From: Oopsacas minuta
Taxonomy: Eukaryota; Animalia; Porifera
NCBI GenBank assembly: GCA_024704765.1
Contig: JAKMXF010000350.1
Span: 1-64,000 of the forward strand
Direction: 5' to 3'
DNA: 64,000 bases
The translations under genes were made by a program, and so were the position numbers. Shown here piece by piece: positions 23,082 to 35,785 of this stretch. The notes beneath the pieces are model-generated. The model had not been told where the DNA came from and ran no database searches. It saw nothing but the letters and a program-made list of their open reading frames with translations. Positions within the stretch are counted from its first letter, which is position 1; each line of letters begins with the position of its first letter.

Positions 23082-23468
23082 TAGGCTCTAATATGTGTTA
23101 ACTGATAGTTTATTTTATTCTTTGTTTGTATTCCAATTGTGTTCATATTGTTAGTTCATTATTAATATTTTTATTTTGTAAACAGTTTATTTATTCAATA
23201 AAAAACAATTTACCATGGCCATATACAGTGTAACCTCCACAAACGGGATGTCAGGGACAAATTGTTAGTTCTTGTTTCACCGTTCCTGCCAAATCTCCCG
23301 TATTGTGGAGGTCCATTTGGAAGGGACTAGTAATTCACTCCGATTCTAGAAGTGCCCCGTTAGGGGAGGTTTCGCTGAAATTAATAACAACTTTGTTCAT
23401 GTATAAGACTTTTCAACACAAATCATCTTACAACTGAGAAGAAATTATTTAAATTCTTCACACCAAAT

Positions 23469-24287
23469 ATGGTATCCAACATAATCTACAGAGCTATCCC
23501 GTTCCCGGTAGAAGAAGTTCTGACAGACAGTCTCCCTGACAACGATACATTCCATCAATATTCTTCCCAATTACTCGTACAAGCAGATCGCCCTACAGAC
23601 TCTATCCCTCTAGACGATCTATCTATCTGTAATCTCTCCACTGAGAGTTTGACTTCAGAGATTGCATACGTGTGTATTGATTCCTCTGATTCTCTGGAAA
23701 AAGAGGCTCCTAGCAATGTAGTAAACTTGAATAAGAGGAAAGCTAAACCTAAGAGGGTGAAGAAGCAGTTGAATTGTAATACAATAGATCCCATCAAGAG
23801 AGTTCCACTTGATGTTGTATACGGGAATTCTCTATTAGAGAACACCATGGATATTAAACCAAACAGTAATTCTACTGAAAAGGATAAAGAGACTCCTGTG
23901 TTTCTCTCTGTCACAGATATGATTGATTTTGAGCAGCATAGCAAGCCAGACAACAGTTTGCGTAAAAAGAATGTATCAAATTCTAATAAACAGAAGAGAA
24001 TGTTTGAGCAGAAAAAAGTTCAAAATGGCAAATCTTCACGAACACCAAATCCGAAATTGATTCTTGGAAATTCAATCAACTTCAATAACAATCTACACAA
24101 ACCGGAATACAGTAAATTTACTCGTATAGCTAGATTACGAATACGAAGACTATCTTTGAAGACACCAGAACTAAAATTGCAAAAACTAGTTATATGTAGA
24201 CATTCAAATTATAATTGCTCAGAATTTAAGCGCCGTGTACCAATGCTAAACCTCAAGCGAGTCTTACAACTATCTTCACCATATTAG
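23469..24287 (+). CDS. Hypothetical disordered protein, acidic N-part and basic C-part
   Basis: 272-aa uninterrupted ATG-initiated ORF in AT-rich DNA; no recognised domain. Confidence 0.55.
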   Translation: MVSNIIYRAIPFPVEEVLTDSLPDNDTFHQYSSQLLVQADRPTDSIPLDDLSICNLSTESLTSEIAYVCIDSSDSLEKEAPSNVVNLNKRKAKPKRVKKQLNCNTIDPIKRVPLDVVYGNSLLENTMDIKPNSNSTEKDKETPVFLSVTDMIDFEQHSKPDNSLRKKNVSNSNKQKRMFEQKKVQNGKSSRTPNPKLILGNSINFNNNLHKPEYSKFTRIARLRIRRLSLKTPELKLQKLVICRHSNYNCSEFKRRVPMLNLKRVLQLSSPY

Positions 24288-26145
24288 ACTGCCTTATTTC
24301 TTTGTACTGTTTGCATATCTATGTATTTGATAGATTAATCTATACGCACCGACCACTTCTATGAGATTATTACAGCGATTAATAGAATTGTATAGCCCTT
24401 AATGCTAAATGCATTTCTATTAAGTTCATCCTCCTAGAGCTTGACTACTGTGTTTCTTAATTTTTGATTGTATTCATTAACTTCATTTATAATAAATAGC
24501 AAACAATACTTCACCTTCTGGACTCTAATTTATAGTGCAGCTCCTATAGAGATGCCCTAATGGCATGGATGATGTCCGTACTTCCATTCGCGCGGCGGGC
24601 GAAATCTAGCAGTCCAAGTTACATGAAAATTGGTACACATTTATATTTTGGGTTGGAGATTTGCACCCTCGGCTATAAATTTTTTCACATTATTTGCTGA
24701 TTTTCTAAAATGATGCTAGAGATTCCGTTTCATCTGCTAGAGGGATAATCGAGTATGTAGTTTTAAATTTCACACTTCAAATCTACATCAACATGAGTTA
24801 TCATATGATTACTCATATTTTCACACCTTTTGCATATTTTTGTCAATAAAATCTGCTAGAAATTCTTTTCAACCTCTAGTTAGGGAATTTAGATTCCAAT
24901 TTTTTCATTTTCAAACTAAATCTCAAAGATTTAATTATTATTACTGTAATCTTATTTTAATTTTTTAATATTCGAGCCTTTGGCTCGTCGCTTCGCGATG
25001 AACTCGGCGCATTGCGCCTCGAGGTATTCAACGGACAAACAAACAGACAAACAACAATTGAGATGTAATAATATTGATGTTGTTTATAATATTCAGACTC
25101 AGCATACTCGATTACCAGTATAGTCGTTAAAAGTATGATTCTACCTCAATATTGAAATTTGTTTACTTTATATTCATAAAAACAATAATAAATTTACATA
25201 TGATTAATCCAAAAGTGTGAAAATCGGATTCAGCATGTTCGATATATTTAGTGAAGTTTTATTGAATTCTTATTACTTCCTTGATAAACACGATAAATAC
25301 ATAGTTATGCTACAATTTCATAATTGCATACCGTAAATCCTTTCCTCGCCAACTGACAAACAAACAAGCAGACAACAATTGAGATTTAATAATATAGATT
25401 TTGCTGCTAATGATGTTAAATAAATATTTAGTTCAATAGTTAGACAGCCGGTAATTGCAAGATAATTATTGGAATCTTCACCATAGGATTTGAGGATAAA
25501 ACAGAACAGTAGGGGACTAATAAGATTGACAAACAAATAACCCTGGGCTGCACTACCAGTCTGTCGGCTGGATTGTATTAAAATTACTGTACTCACTGCA
25601 CTATAGTTCAGAAATATGAGGAATCTCTTTAGTATATATTGACTAAAACTATTTTCCCCATAGGATTTGGCTTAGTAAGGAAATTTTCTACATTTTTGTT
25701 CCTGTAACGATTTTCGAGATCTTTTAATCTGTAAACTTAGTGGCGTAACAAAATGTAAATATTGGGGGGCAGATCACATTAAATGTGGGGGGGGGTAATT
25801 GGATCTTTCATTATGCCTGTCTTTTGGCCTTGGAATATTAAATTCCAAAGTACAAGCGAGCGAGCAGAACTTTGGAGGTTCAAGAGCTCGAGAAATGTAT
25901 GGAATGTTCCCTGCATCTAGGGATTTGATTGACAAGAGTTGGAAAATATGCCTTCATTATTAATTATTCAGTATCCAAATGGTGCACTAAATAGTGATCA
26001 TTCCAGCTAACCATCCACAGATCCTTCTCTAGCATAATTAATGTATTCCTTATACTCTGTAGATTTGGCCAATCGTTTCCGTTATAAACGATTATTAACG
26101 ATTATAAGCGTTTAAGATAACTCATTTGTAAGCAGATATGACCTA

Positions 26146-26640
26146 CAGGGTGGCCACGGGAAATCGACTAATTGTATATTACCATAACTTCCTTTGGTTA
26201 ATTCCTTTGTACTTTAACTCATACTGGAGCTGAAACTCTGCTATTTTGTTTTCTACTAACGACTACATCGCTAGGAAGCAAAGTCAAGACTCACTAGAGA
26301 TTAACTAACTAAGGTTGTTATGTAGTATCATGGAAACCGAAAAAACTATCTTGAAAACGCAGCGAGTATTTAAGAGGAAATTTGATAGATAAGCGCTCCA
26401 AATCCTAAAATCATTATCCAGAGATTGAAGAGATTCGAGGAGAAGGGTCAGTGGATTAAGAAGGATGAAAGTGGCTAGATTGGGGAAAGTGACGGAAAAA
26501 GTGTTGGTGTAGTTACAAAGAGTAATCCTCTTAGTATATACGTGGCTGGATTGAACATGTTACAGGTTGCCGTGGGAGTAGGAATGTATATTTACGATAA
26601 AGTTATCTCATAATAATGATAGTGTTAATAGCATATTTAG
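26146..26640 (+). mobile_element. Degenerate Tc1/mariner element (left TIR + N-terminal HTH region of the transposase)
   Basis: TA|CAGGGTGGCCAC terminus; from 26330 KTILKTQRVFKRKF.. and, after a frameshift, APNPKIIIQRLKRFEEKG, resembling the mariner DUF4817-type HTH; stops and frameshifts present. Confidence 0.65.
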
Positions 26641-26758
26641 AAAAATAACTGTAGGTAACATCGAGAGACGTTCCATGAGGGCTCCTTGGGTACAACCCAT
26701 GGCGATTCCCACAGGATTCCTATGGGAATGGGATGGGAATTAAAATTCTATTCCCTAA

Positions 26759-26853
26759 ATAGAACCCTATAATATATATTGTTCAATTATTGATAATATG
26801 TCAGGGTTGCATAAATTATCAACAATTGAATAATATATAGTATAGGGTTCTAT
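26759..26853. repeat. ~95-bp hairpin (about 39-bp arms)
   Basis: ATAGAACCCTATAATATATATTGTTCAATTATTGATAAT - loop - ATTATCAACAATTGAATAATATATAGTATAGGGTTCTAT. Confidence 0.8.
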
Positions 26854-27488
26854 ATATTAGGTTAACAAAATTTATGAAATGTCTAACATAATTGGTGAAA
26901 AGTATTTTGCTATGTAATCTACGCTGAGTATTACATATCATTATACTTCTTTGATTAATTAAAGATGTAGAATACCAATCTATTCACTTAAATGATTATA
27001 TAGCAGGAAATCGCAAAATGGGACACCCCTAACCAGGTAAAAACCTCCCAAACCGGAGCACCTCTCAGATTTTGAGTTTTCGGTACATAAATCACTGCAG
27101 TACATAGTATCTACTGTACTGTAACTCTGTAAGTACTGTCCAGATGGGTTATTACTAAATTGTTTAATTAACACTGTCAGATTTGTTATACTTATTCTAT
27201 ATCAAATTTTTTGACTTTTCACTAGTTTTGGTCAAGGAAAATCTGTTAGAAATATAAATAATTTTGTTAGAGATTGCATCAATTCTGTTAATCTAATAAT
27301 TATCAACGTATCTAGCATGTAATATAAATATCAAATCGTGTATTTATTATGCTTTTTAACGAATTATGCTATCTATGATCGTTTCTAAGTGAGACCAGAT
27401 ATAACTCAGCATGCTTCCCGTAGCTCACTCTCTATATTTTATAGTTTGAAATATATGCAACGTCCCGTTGGCCTGTGTCGAAAATCAG

Positions 27489-27596
27489 AGAAATTTTTTT
27501 ACTGAGAGAGTCGTAAAGCTTTGAAATGAACTTCCTGATAGTGTTGTCTCAGCTGCATCGTAGTCCACATTCAAAGGGAGACTTATTTTGGACTAA
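27489..27596 (+). mobile_element. 3' fragment of a CR1/L2-type LINE ORF2
   Basis: Translates RNFFTERVVKL*NELPDSVVSAAS*STFKGRL, the typical post-RT C-terminal motif (FFxxRVVxxWNxLPxxVVxAxSxxxFKxxL) with two nonsense changes. Confidence 0.8.
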
Positions 27597-28196
27597 CAAG
27601 CACAAATTACAATCGCATTGTGTTCTTGTAAAAAAAGAGACGGGTAATCTGTCCTCATACCTTAAATATTCTATTTTTCTTTTCATTCTTTCAGGATTCT
27701 CTTTGTATAATTGTGTTTATTAGTTTTTTTTTCAGTTCTAGTCTTATTCATTTTACAAGTCAGTCAGCTTTTCCTAGTTAGTATTTTAGCTCAAATTTTG
27801 GAATTTATTTAATTCCTTCATTTATTTATTTATTTATTTATTTACTTTTTCAAGTTTTATATTGCTAATAAATATTATATTAATCCGCATGGTTTTTCCC
27901 AAGCCGCTTACTAATTTTACAATTGTATGTATATTGTTAGTAATCTGCAGAACTTTGCAGTGGAACTTATGCTGATTACCAACAATAGACTCTGATAACA
28001 AATTTCCCACCTAATATTCCAGCAATTTCTATAGTACAATTTAATAGCTGTCAAATATACTAAATGTGATCATTACAGTAGAATGTTAGAGAATAAAATT
28101 AGGAGCATTACGGCCTAACAATAGAAATAGTACAATAATACTGTCCAATAATTCAATGTTAAAAACTACTAGCATTCTAGTGGTAACTATAAGGTG

Positions 28197-29048
28197 TTAG
28201 TTTAAGTAAGGAATTATGTATTTCCGGATAACATCCACGTCTTCATGCCAGTATGTATGGAAAATGTTTGGTACAGTAACGTTTACAGTTTTGTTCTGCT
28301 CAAATAAAGTTCTAAGTCCAAATGTATCATTTTTGTAGAAATCCATCTGTTCCATAGGAAGTACTTTTTCTTTGTTATTGAAGAATCCGAATTGACTTGA
28401 TTGCCAAGGTTTAATAACCTCGTCATTAGGTCCCCCTATCATAACCAGTTTCTTTAGTTTGAGGAAGTTATTCTTCCAATCAGGGTTGGTAGGATACGTC
28501 AGTGGAGCTAGGAAATTACATTTTTCTCTGTAACGGTCTTCCTTGATAGGATCATGCCAGTATCCGCCTACAGATATATCCTGACCTGCTCTTGAATAAA
28601 AAAGGTCTGTTAGCCATTCTAATGTTGCATTCGGCCAATACTTCTGGTAAATGATTGGAAACCCAAACTCCCCATTTAGAGGCGCAGAGAGCGAAATAAA
28701 CGTATCAATGTTGTGATTATTCGTTGTCTGAATGAGAGCCCTGCCTATCATACCTCCCTGTGAGAACCCAATAAAGTTAGTAGAGTTTGAGCTAGACATT
28801 ATCTCCTTTAGATGCTTTCTTATCCAGTATACCTGATCCCACATCTTGAATAGACTTACATCATTGTTAAACATATCAACTTTGTATACTTCAGTTCCTG
28901 GATGAGCATCTTTAATCATAGTTTCTAGTGTATTCATTGTGTCAGGTCCGTCAAATATCCCGTGCATGAGTACAACAGGAGAATAGCAGTGAGTTCTTAA
29001 GCATAGAAGTAAATAGATGATGCAGATGTGTATAGGACCTCGCTTCAT
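28197..29048 (-). CDS. PPT2: Lysosomal palmitoyl-protein thioesterase (PPT2-like)
   Basis: Signal peptide, PVVLMHGIFDGP, nucleophile elbow GFSQGG, ISLSAPLNGEFG, GGPNDEVIKPWQSSQFGF, HTYWH; likely start MKRGP at 29048 (alternative ATG 29081). Confidence 0.88.
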   Translation of the reverse strand: MKRGPIHICIIYLLLCLRTHCYSPVVLMHGIFDGPDTMNTLETMIKDAHPGTEVYKVDMFNNDVSLFKMWDQVYWIRKHLKEIMSSSNSTNFIGFSQGGMIGRALIQTTNNHNIDTFISLSAPLNGEFGFPIIYQKYWPNATLEWLTDLFYSRAGQDISVGGYWHDPIKEDRYREKCNFLAPLTYPTNPDWKNNFLKLKKLVMIGGPNDEVIKPWQSSQFGFFNNKEKVLPMEQMDFYKNDTFGLRTLFEQNKTVNVTVPNIFHTYWHEDVDVIRKYIIPYLN

Positions 29049-30140
29049 GTTAACTGAATTAATACTAGAACAAATATTCAATTAAATAATCTTATTTGTA
29101 GACAGTTTATGAACTAAATAGAACCTAATACAAAATTTTGTATACCGATAAAAAGCCTTTTCAATAATTGGGAAATGACCTGGGTCAACACTACAGAACA
29201 ATTTAGAGAATCAGTGGAATAATATCTGAATGTAGTGTTACTAGTATGATATTTATTTTGCATTTCCATTTTCTGATGGTGGACCTTGTGAAAAATGCTG
29301 ATAACATTGCATTATTTAAGACATCATCGCATTCTTGTATCGTGGAATAGGGTGTATCTCGAAATTTTCGTTAGAATTATTTTTCGTAGTTTGAGAGTGC
29401 CCACGAAAAATACACTTGAATCGGAGTAACTTTAAATATTTCAGTTGTTAGAAAGTATTGATTTCGTTTTTGTATTATCCTGGCTTACACAAACCACGAA
29501 ATAATTTGACAACGAATTTTTCAAAATTCGCTATGTTAGAATCATTTCGGAAACATTCTAAAAGTTTGTAGTCAAGTCAAGTGGATAGCTAAGTGGTTCT
29601 CCTGTAATAACAATGTCAAACACAACAATTAATGTTTGTTAAATCTCGTTAAATAATGTCAGGTTTACTAAGAGTTGAGATAAGTGATCACCAGCTGGTA
29701 CCAGCACATGTTACTCCAATGTCAATTTTAGATGATTTTTTGATTAATGTCTGAATTATATTATTTACTGATAAATTTCTAATTCTGTAATACGAGAATG
29801 AATCCAGTATTTGTATGTTGAGAAGACATTACTCAACGAATTTAATTCATATCTATGCATATACATTCGGTTATATACAATAGTAGAACTCTAATTCACT
29901 GAAGCTCGCTAAACTCCCTCTGTAGTACTTGATATAATTCTCATGCTAAGGTAATTAATAGGCTAGAGACCTTATTGTTGTATTATTTAGGTGAGATAAG
30001 AATTTGAGAAATAATCAGCTCTTTTGATGGAGATAATATAAATTCTTGCTATGAATAGCTACTTAATTGTATTGAAGAAAATGCGGTTTAAGTTATTTAA
30101 AATTTAATTTATATCCAAGTAAATATTACGATAACTCTTA

Positions 30141-32995
30141 ATGGCTGACGAACGAATGGAAGAGAGAAGAAAGTTTATATTTGCCTTCAAAGAATCCTTG
30201 CTATGTCTGGAGGATGAGGGAGACAGAGCAGATATAATGCGATCTCTCAAAGAATTCCAAACTACAATGATAGTTGAAGATCTGGTGGATTCATTGAAAC
30301 GAGTATTAATCAATCCACAGAGCCTTACAGTATACGTAACTCTATATCCATTGATACCTGGCAGACTCAGAGCTGAGTACAGAACTCTTATTCCTAAAGT
30401 ACCAACTTTTGCTGTAAAGATTATCAGGATACGGAGGAATGGAACTGAGGCTCTTGGGTTCACTGTAAGAGGAGGGAGAGAACACCAACTAGGTAACTAC
30501 ACCCTCCTTAAGCCAGAATAATAATATTTATTAAACGATCTTAATGACAATATATTGTTAGTTCAACTACATCATTGGTTCTCAACCTTTTTTCTTCCGC
30601 GGACCCCCTGCCAATAGACATGACGATCACATTTTAGGGCCGCGGACCCCAGGTTGAGAACCACTGAACTACATCATATTTTATCAATTCGTAGTTTGAA
30701 AGTTGAAACAGGATAATACTTTACGTAACTAATATATTTGCAATAATGTGGTGAATATTTTTCAGAATAGATAATTTGAAATTAGGATTTACAGTGGAGT
30801 TTGCCTATTACTTATTAGCAACTTGGGTTATGTTTTCAAACAGCTGCTAATATGGAACATAAATAGTACACAATCTACACTTGGGACCAAAATGGACTAA
30901 TAGAAAATAATGCTATTACACGAGTTAATAATAAGTGACCTCTACTGTATTTCTCAGAGAATTATTACAATAGATACAGTGACTAATTCTCCATTACAAC
31001 TACACCTTCATTTATTTTTACATCTCAGGTATATTCATCACTAACGTGCTACCTGACTCACGAGCTCACAAATCAGGTCTCAAACCAGGCTACCAAATCC
31101 TCAAAATAAACGCTTTTCCTCTGAAAGAGTCTACTCATGAAGAAGCTGTTAGTCTCCTCACACTCAAGAGAGCTTATATTCTCACTTGTAAAGATATAGG
31201 TAAATTATAACCAAATGGTACTTATTAGTGCTTGCTTTGTTGGGTATTTCAAGAAACTTTACTGTACATACTTACTAATAAATTGAATAGTTTATTGAAG
31301 GGATGTATTTTCCTGTAATTAACTCTTGTTACAATAAATATTTTGTATAGGAATGATCCCTGAGATTCGGAGGAATATGGTTAATTGGACGTATGCTGCT
31401 GACATGGAATCAGCTTCTATATCTAGATCACTCGAAGTCACTTCTCCTTTTCAGACAGGCATAAGGACGATACACTGCAAACTAGAAGGAGGAAGTTTCG
31501 GGTGTAGCATCAAAGGTTCATTAGTATACATCCTAGTATTTAATACCTTTTGTAATTCAGTAGAGTATCAGTATTCTATTGGATAATTGTCTACCCATAC
31601 ATGTACTTATACTTCCATAAATGGGTATTATAAAATACTCTTGGAACACCTTGTAATATGCCAACTGGTGGAAACCTGAAGTTAAGAAATAATACAGTAG
31701 AACTCGGAAAATATGAACTCCGTTAGGAAACTAAAATAGCATCTACTATCCGAGTGAATGTCTTAACCAAATAGGGATTATAGTAAAAATTTAGAATCAA
31801 TAAGATTACATTCATTTGGGTTGGAATAGTTAGTAGGTTTTATCCAAGTTCTACAGTATTTATATTTGATAACAGATATACTCTAGGAGGGACTCAACAT
31901 GGCACTGGAATATTTATCCATAAAATAACTCCAAACTCGAAAGCAGAACAGCTCGGACTACAGGTTAGAAATATCCATTGCCTAATAAAATACGGCTATA
32001 CTGCATGCTGCTGAATCAGTAAAAATAAGAGTCCAGTTTATAAATTTCATAAAAGAAAAATTATTCCTCCAATGTTTGCGAATTGAACTTTTTTAGAGAA
32101 AAAAGTCCAAAGAATCAATTTTGAGTGATTAAAAAGTTCAAACCGCCATCCTTCATCTAGTTTAGGCGGAATTATGCGATGACGTTAGCATTTATACAAT
32201 TATAGTATTTCTCAACTTTTTGTGTGGAAAAAAGACACAAGCTGTCCTAATTGATGCAAGGATGTTTGATTTTGTTCATTTACTTAACTATTAAGATAAA
32301 TCCAAGTTAGACGATAGTTTATTGGAAGAAAGATTACACAATTTATACCTTAAACATGAAAAATAATATTTAATGAAAATCTATTTTGAATTAATCGAAA
32401 AAAACATATGATGACGGGGTAAGAAATTGATTTTAAAGCAAATGTTCTGAATATTTATACAGCCTGTATGGGAAGGTATTATTCCAAAGAAATATGAAAA
32501 TTACAGAACTACAAAATTATCATTTTTGAATTGAGTATGGCTGTTTGAACTTTTTAACTAACCTAATTGATTCCTGAGATTAATTTACCCTAAAATATTC
32601 AATTCGCAAATATTGGATTAGTCTATTTCCTTTAATTATATTTATAACACTGGACTCTTATTTTTCATTATGATTCGGCAGCATGTGTTTTAGTAGGCCA
32701 TGCAATATCTTATTATCACAGAAAATCCCAATGGATAAAGTTTGTGATCCCAATAATATAAAATTCTCTAGTATTTGTATGTATTAAATTCTTAACGCTT
32801 TATATGGGGTTACTATAAGCCCAATATAACTATTATTCATTATTTTAGATAGGAGATGAGGTTATAGAAGTGAATGGGAAAAGCTTTTCAAATATAACTC
32901 ATATAGAAGCTGTACATTTTTTGAAGAAACAAGATAATCTTATTATCAAACTGAAACCTGGGAATGTTATGTTTCACAATCGACCAGAAAGCACT
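30141..32995 (+). CDS. Harmonin/whirlin-like scaffold (HHD-PDZ1-PDZ2), first five exons; 3' end unresolved
   Basis: Phase-consistent GT-AG exons 30141-30492, 31029-31199, 31351-31515, 31887-31963, 32849-32995 give ALGFTVRGGREHQLGIFITNV...THEEAVSLL...IGMIP...WTY...SFGCSIKGGTQHGTGIFI...IGDEVIEVNGKSFSNITHIEAVHFLK. Confidence 0.85.
30573..30666. mobile_element. 94-bp hAT MITE in intron 1
   Basis: TIR CATTGGTTCTCAACCT / AGGTTGAGAACCACTG; perfect 8-bp TSD AACTACAT. Confidence 0.92.
32022..32665. mobile_element. ~640-bp element with long (~130-bp) imperfect TIRs
   Basis: AAAATAAGAGTCCAGT...TTTGCGAATTGAA...TTAAAAAGTTCAAAC mirrored at ~32525-32665. Confidence 0.7.
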
Positions 32996-33979
32996 GTAAG
33001 TATATTTGTCGTTCAATGTAATACAGTCACATGACTCACATCCCCGTCACTCGAACGACCGTTTCCAGATGCAGCATTATTTGGGACATTTTTAAGCCCA
33101 GGGTACAGTGATGTATTGTAATAGAATAGTGGAGATTTATAAAGCTTTTGACCGCTGACCTTTGCAAAAGTACATCTTGAAACGCTGGTCATATGTTTCA
33201 CACACTATTCCATTATTATATATTAGATATGTGCCTGATTCTTCAGGACCGTAGTAATATTAATTAAAGCAATTTACAGTATTGGTATAGGTGAAATTAC
33301 TAAATCCGAAATTGGCTGAATACAATTAGTTTCATATTCAAAATAAATAAGAGTTCATGATAGACATTAATCCTGAAACATTACATTCATGATAATGTAG
33401 TAATGGTACATACTTGTTTACCTGAATAGAAAAGTTAAAACAAAACTTCCAGAGGATACTAAATACTGAAATAAGTAAACACTTTTCTAGAATCCTTTTA
33501 TAGTTCTTAACCAATATGATTAGATTGATGGTAGTTAGCAGAGTACTATATACAGATTAATGGTTTAACTGATTGGAAGACTATTGAATTTAACATAATG
33601 TGTGGCATTAGTGCTTATATCATCTCATATTGAACTTATTAGATCTTCTGATACAATGAATATATTGGTACTTTATACTTCTTATAGATTCCTGTGATTA
33701 AGTTAAAATATAAATATAACCTTAACATTATAGGTAGTGGAGTCGCTTAAGTCGAAAAATGGCATAATATCTTTCATTTTTCCATAGAATTTTCACACTT
33801 TCTGAGGTTCCTTAATATAAATAATTCATTTTTAGATATACTTCCAACTGCAATTTCTATTGTGTCAGCCACAATTGACCACTTAAGCGACACATTTTGA
33901 ATGTGTTACAATCCCGCTAATAGCTCCAATTTTCATTTAATCAAATTTTTATGCGGATATTCGTGATCTGCGTAAATAC

Positions 33980-35181
33980 CCGTAGCAACGCTAGAACGTC
34001 TCAGGAATTTGACAACATTCCATTCTCAAAATTTGTCCTAACCCTATCGAGTGATACCTGTACGACGCCGCTAGACTAGTTAAGTCTAAATATACGCATA
34101 ATTGCTCTCTAATTTGTCATTTGACGCGTTTTTGCTAAATGGCCATGTTTTCAATGTACTGACTATGTATTTGTATGCGTCGCATATATATATTATATAA
34201 TTATACAAAATTTGATGCATTGTTTTTACATACTATTTTGAGTTAACTAATGTAAATATTAATTAGAGATTTAGGCTTTAGAGTACTAATTAGACTATTG
34301 ATGGATCTCAACATTGAACTATCTCTTCTAGATTGGATTTAGGGGCTATCTAAGAGCACTCAACACTCCCTACCATTCCCATTATAATGGCTTCTGTATA
34401 GCGGCCTCCTGCTTAACGGGGCAGCGACCACAATTTTAGGGTTTTAATGACACTAAACCTGTGTATCAGGGTCACAAACACTATATACGGCCACTTCCTC
34501 TAACATCCATTCTACATAAAGTTCACCTACTATAAACTCTACCTTTGACGAATTCTTTGGCTGGCCTATTTTGGGGAGCGGGACCTGGAGCACGCTCAAA
34601 AATAAGGAGCGCTTAATGCTCTTCTGGGTTGAGGCAGGAAGTTCTCATATTCTTTGGAAATTAAATGTCTTCAGCAATCGTAATACTGAATTCCTTGAAT
34701 AGCGGACCAGTTATAGCCGGCTACAAGTAGTCCTCCTCCGAACCAGTTATGGTCGACTCTTTCTGGTTCAAGGAAATATGGTATTACATATACCTAAATC
34801 CCTTTCTTCTAGATTGTAAGGGAAATACCAACTATTCTTTCGAACAAATCTGGCAAATAATGGAGAATCTAGAGGAGATAGTTCGATGTTGAGATCCATC
34901 ATAATTAATACTCCAATTAATATTTATATTATTTAACTAAAATTAGTGTTTATATGCTAATATAATACGATTATATGACTGTATATGAGTAATACAAATA
35001 CATACTCATAGTAATTGTAAGTACATTGAAAACACAAGTTAACAAAATCGCGTCTAATGACAAGTTAGAGAGCTAATATGCGTATATTTAGACTCAGCTA
35101 GTCTAGTCCACTCGATTGGGTTAGGACAATTTTAAGAATGGAATGTTGCCACATTCCTGAAACATTTTTGCATTACTATGG
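33980..35181. mobile_element. Foldback-like element: ~310-350-bp inverted arms around a ~535-bp core
   Basis: 33980-34333 is mirrored by 34868-35181 (e.g. ACAACATTCCATTCT..TGTCCTAACCC..AGTCTAAATATACGCATA..ATGGATCTCAACAT). Confidence 0.75.
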
Positions 35182-35785
35182 ACAAAGGTGTTGAAGTAAT
35201 CACTTGAACGAAGGGGTATTTACACTGATCACGAACATCCGCATAAAAATTGGATTAAATTAAAATTGTGACCGTTAGCTGGTTTCAAAATGTATCGCTT
35301 AATTGGTCAAATGTGGCCCACACAATGGAAATTGGAGTTGGCACTACGTACATATATCCAAAAACGAATTTTTTGTGTTGAAGAACAACATCAGAAAGTG
35401 TGAATAATTCTAAGTAAAAATGAATGATTAAAGTCATGAGCGACGGGGTAGATATTAAACTCAAATATTGTAAATTTGTTAAGACTTCATACTTTATAGT
35501 GTTTAGGCCCGGTTTGTAGGAGTGTACTGTATCATGGTGTATGTTGTGTTTTGTAGCAAAGTACTGGATCATTTGGAAGTGAGGACGCTATTAGAGATTG
35601 GAGAGAGAGTACTGGAGGACAGTTTATTCTCAAAAAGAGGGAAGAGAGTCAAGCTCTAGAAGGACCAAGATATTACGATGATTTCTTCAGTGAATCTTTC
35701 TTTTCAGCTCCAATATTCTGTACGTCTTATTCCTGATTTAGTGATTTATTTTAATGTACATTTCAATTATAATTTTTAACTTTAG

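Noticed and set aside
27489-27596. In-frame TGA at a conserved Trp as a sign of an alternative genetic code or selenocysteine
   Set aside because: It lies in a decayed LINE fragment that also has a TAG; intact genes here use TGG for Trp and TGA as stop.
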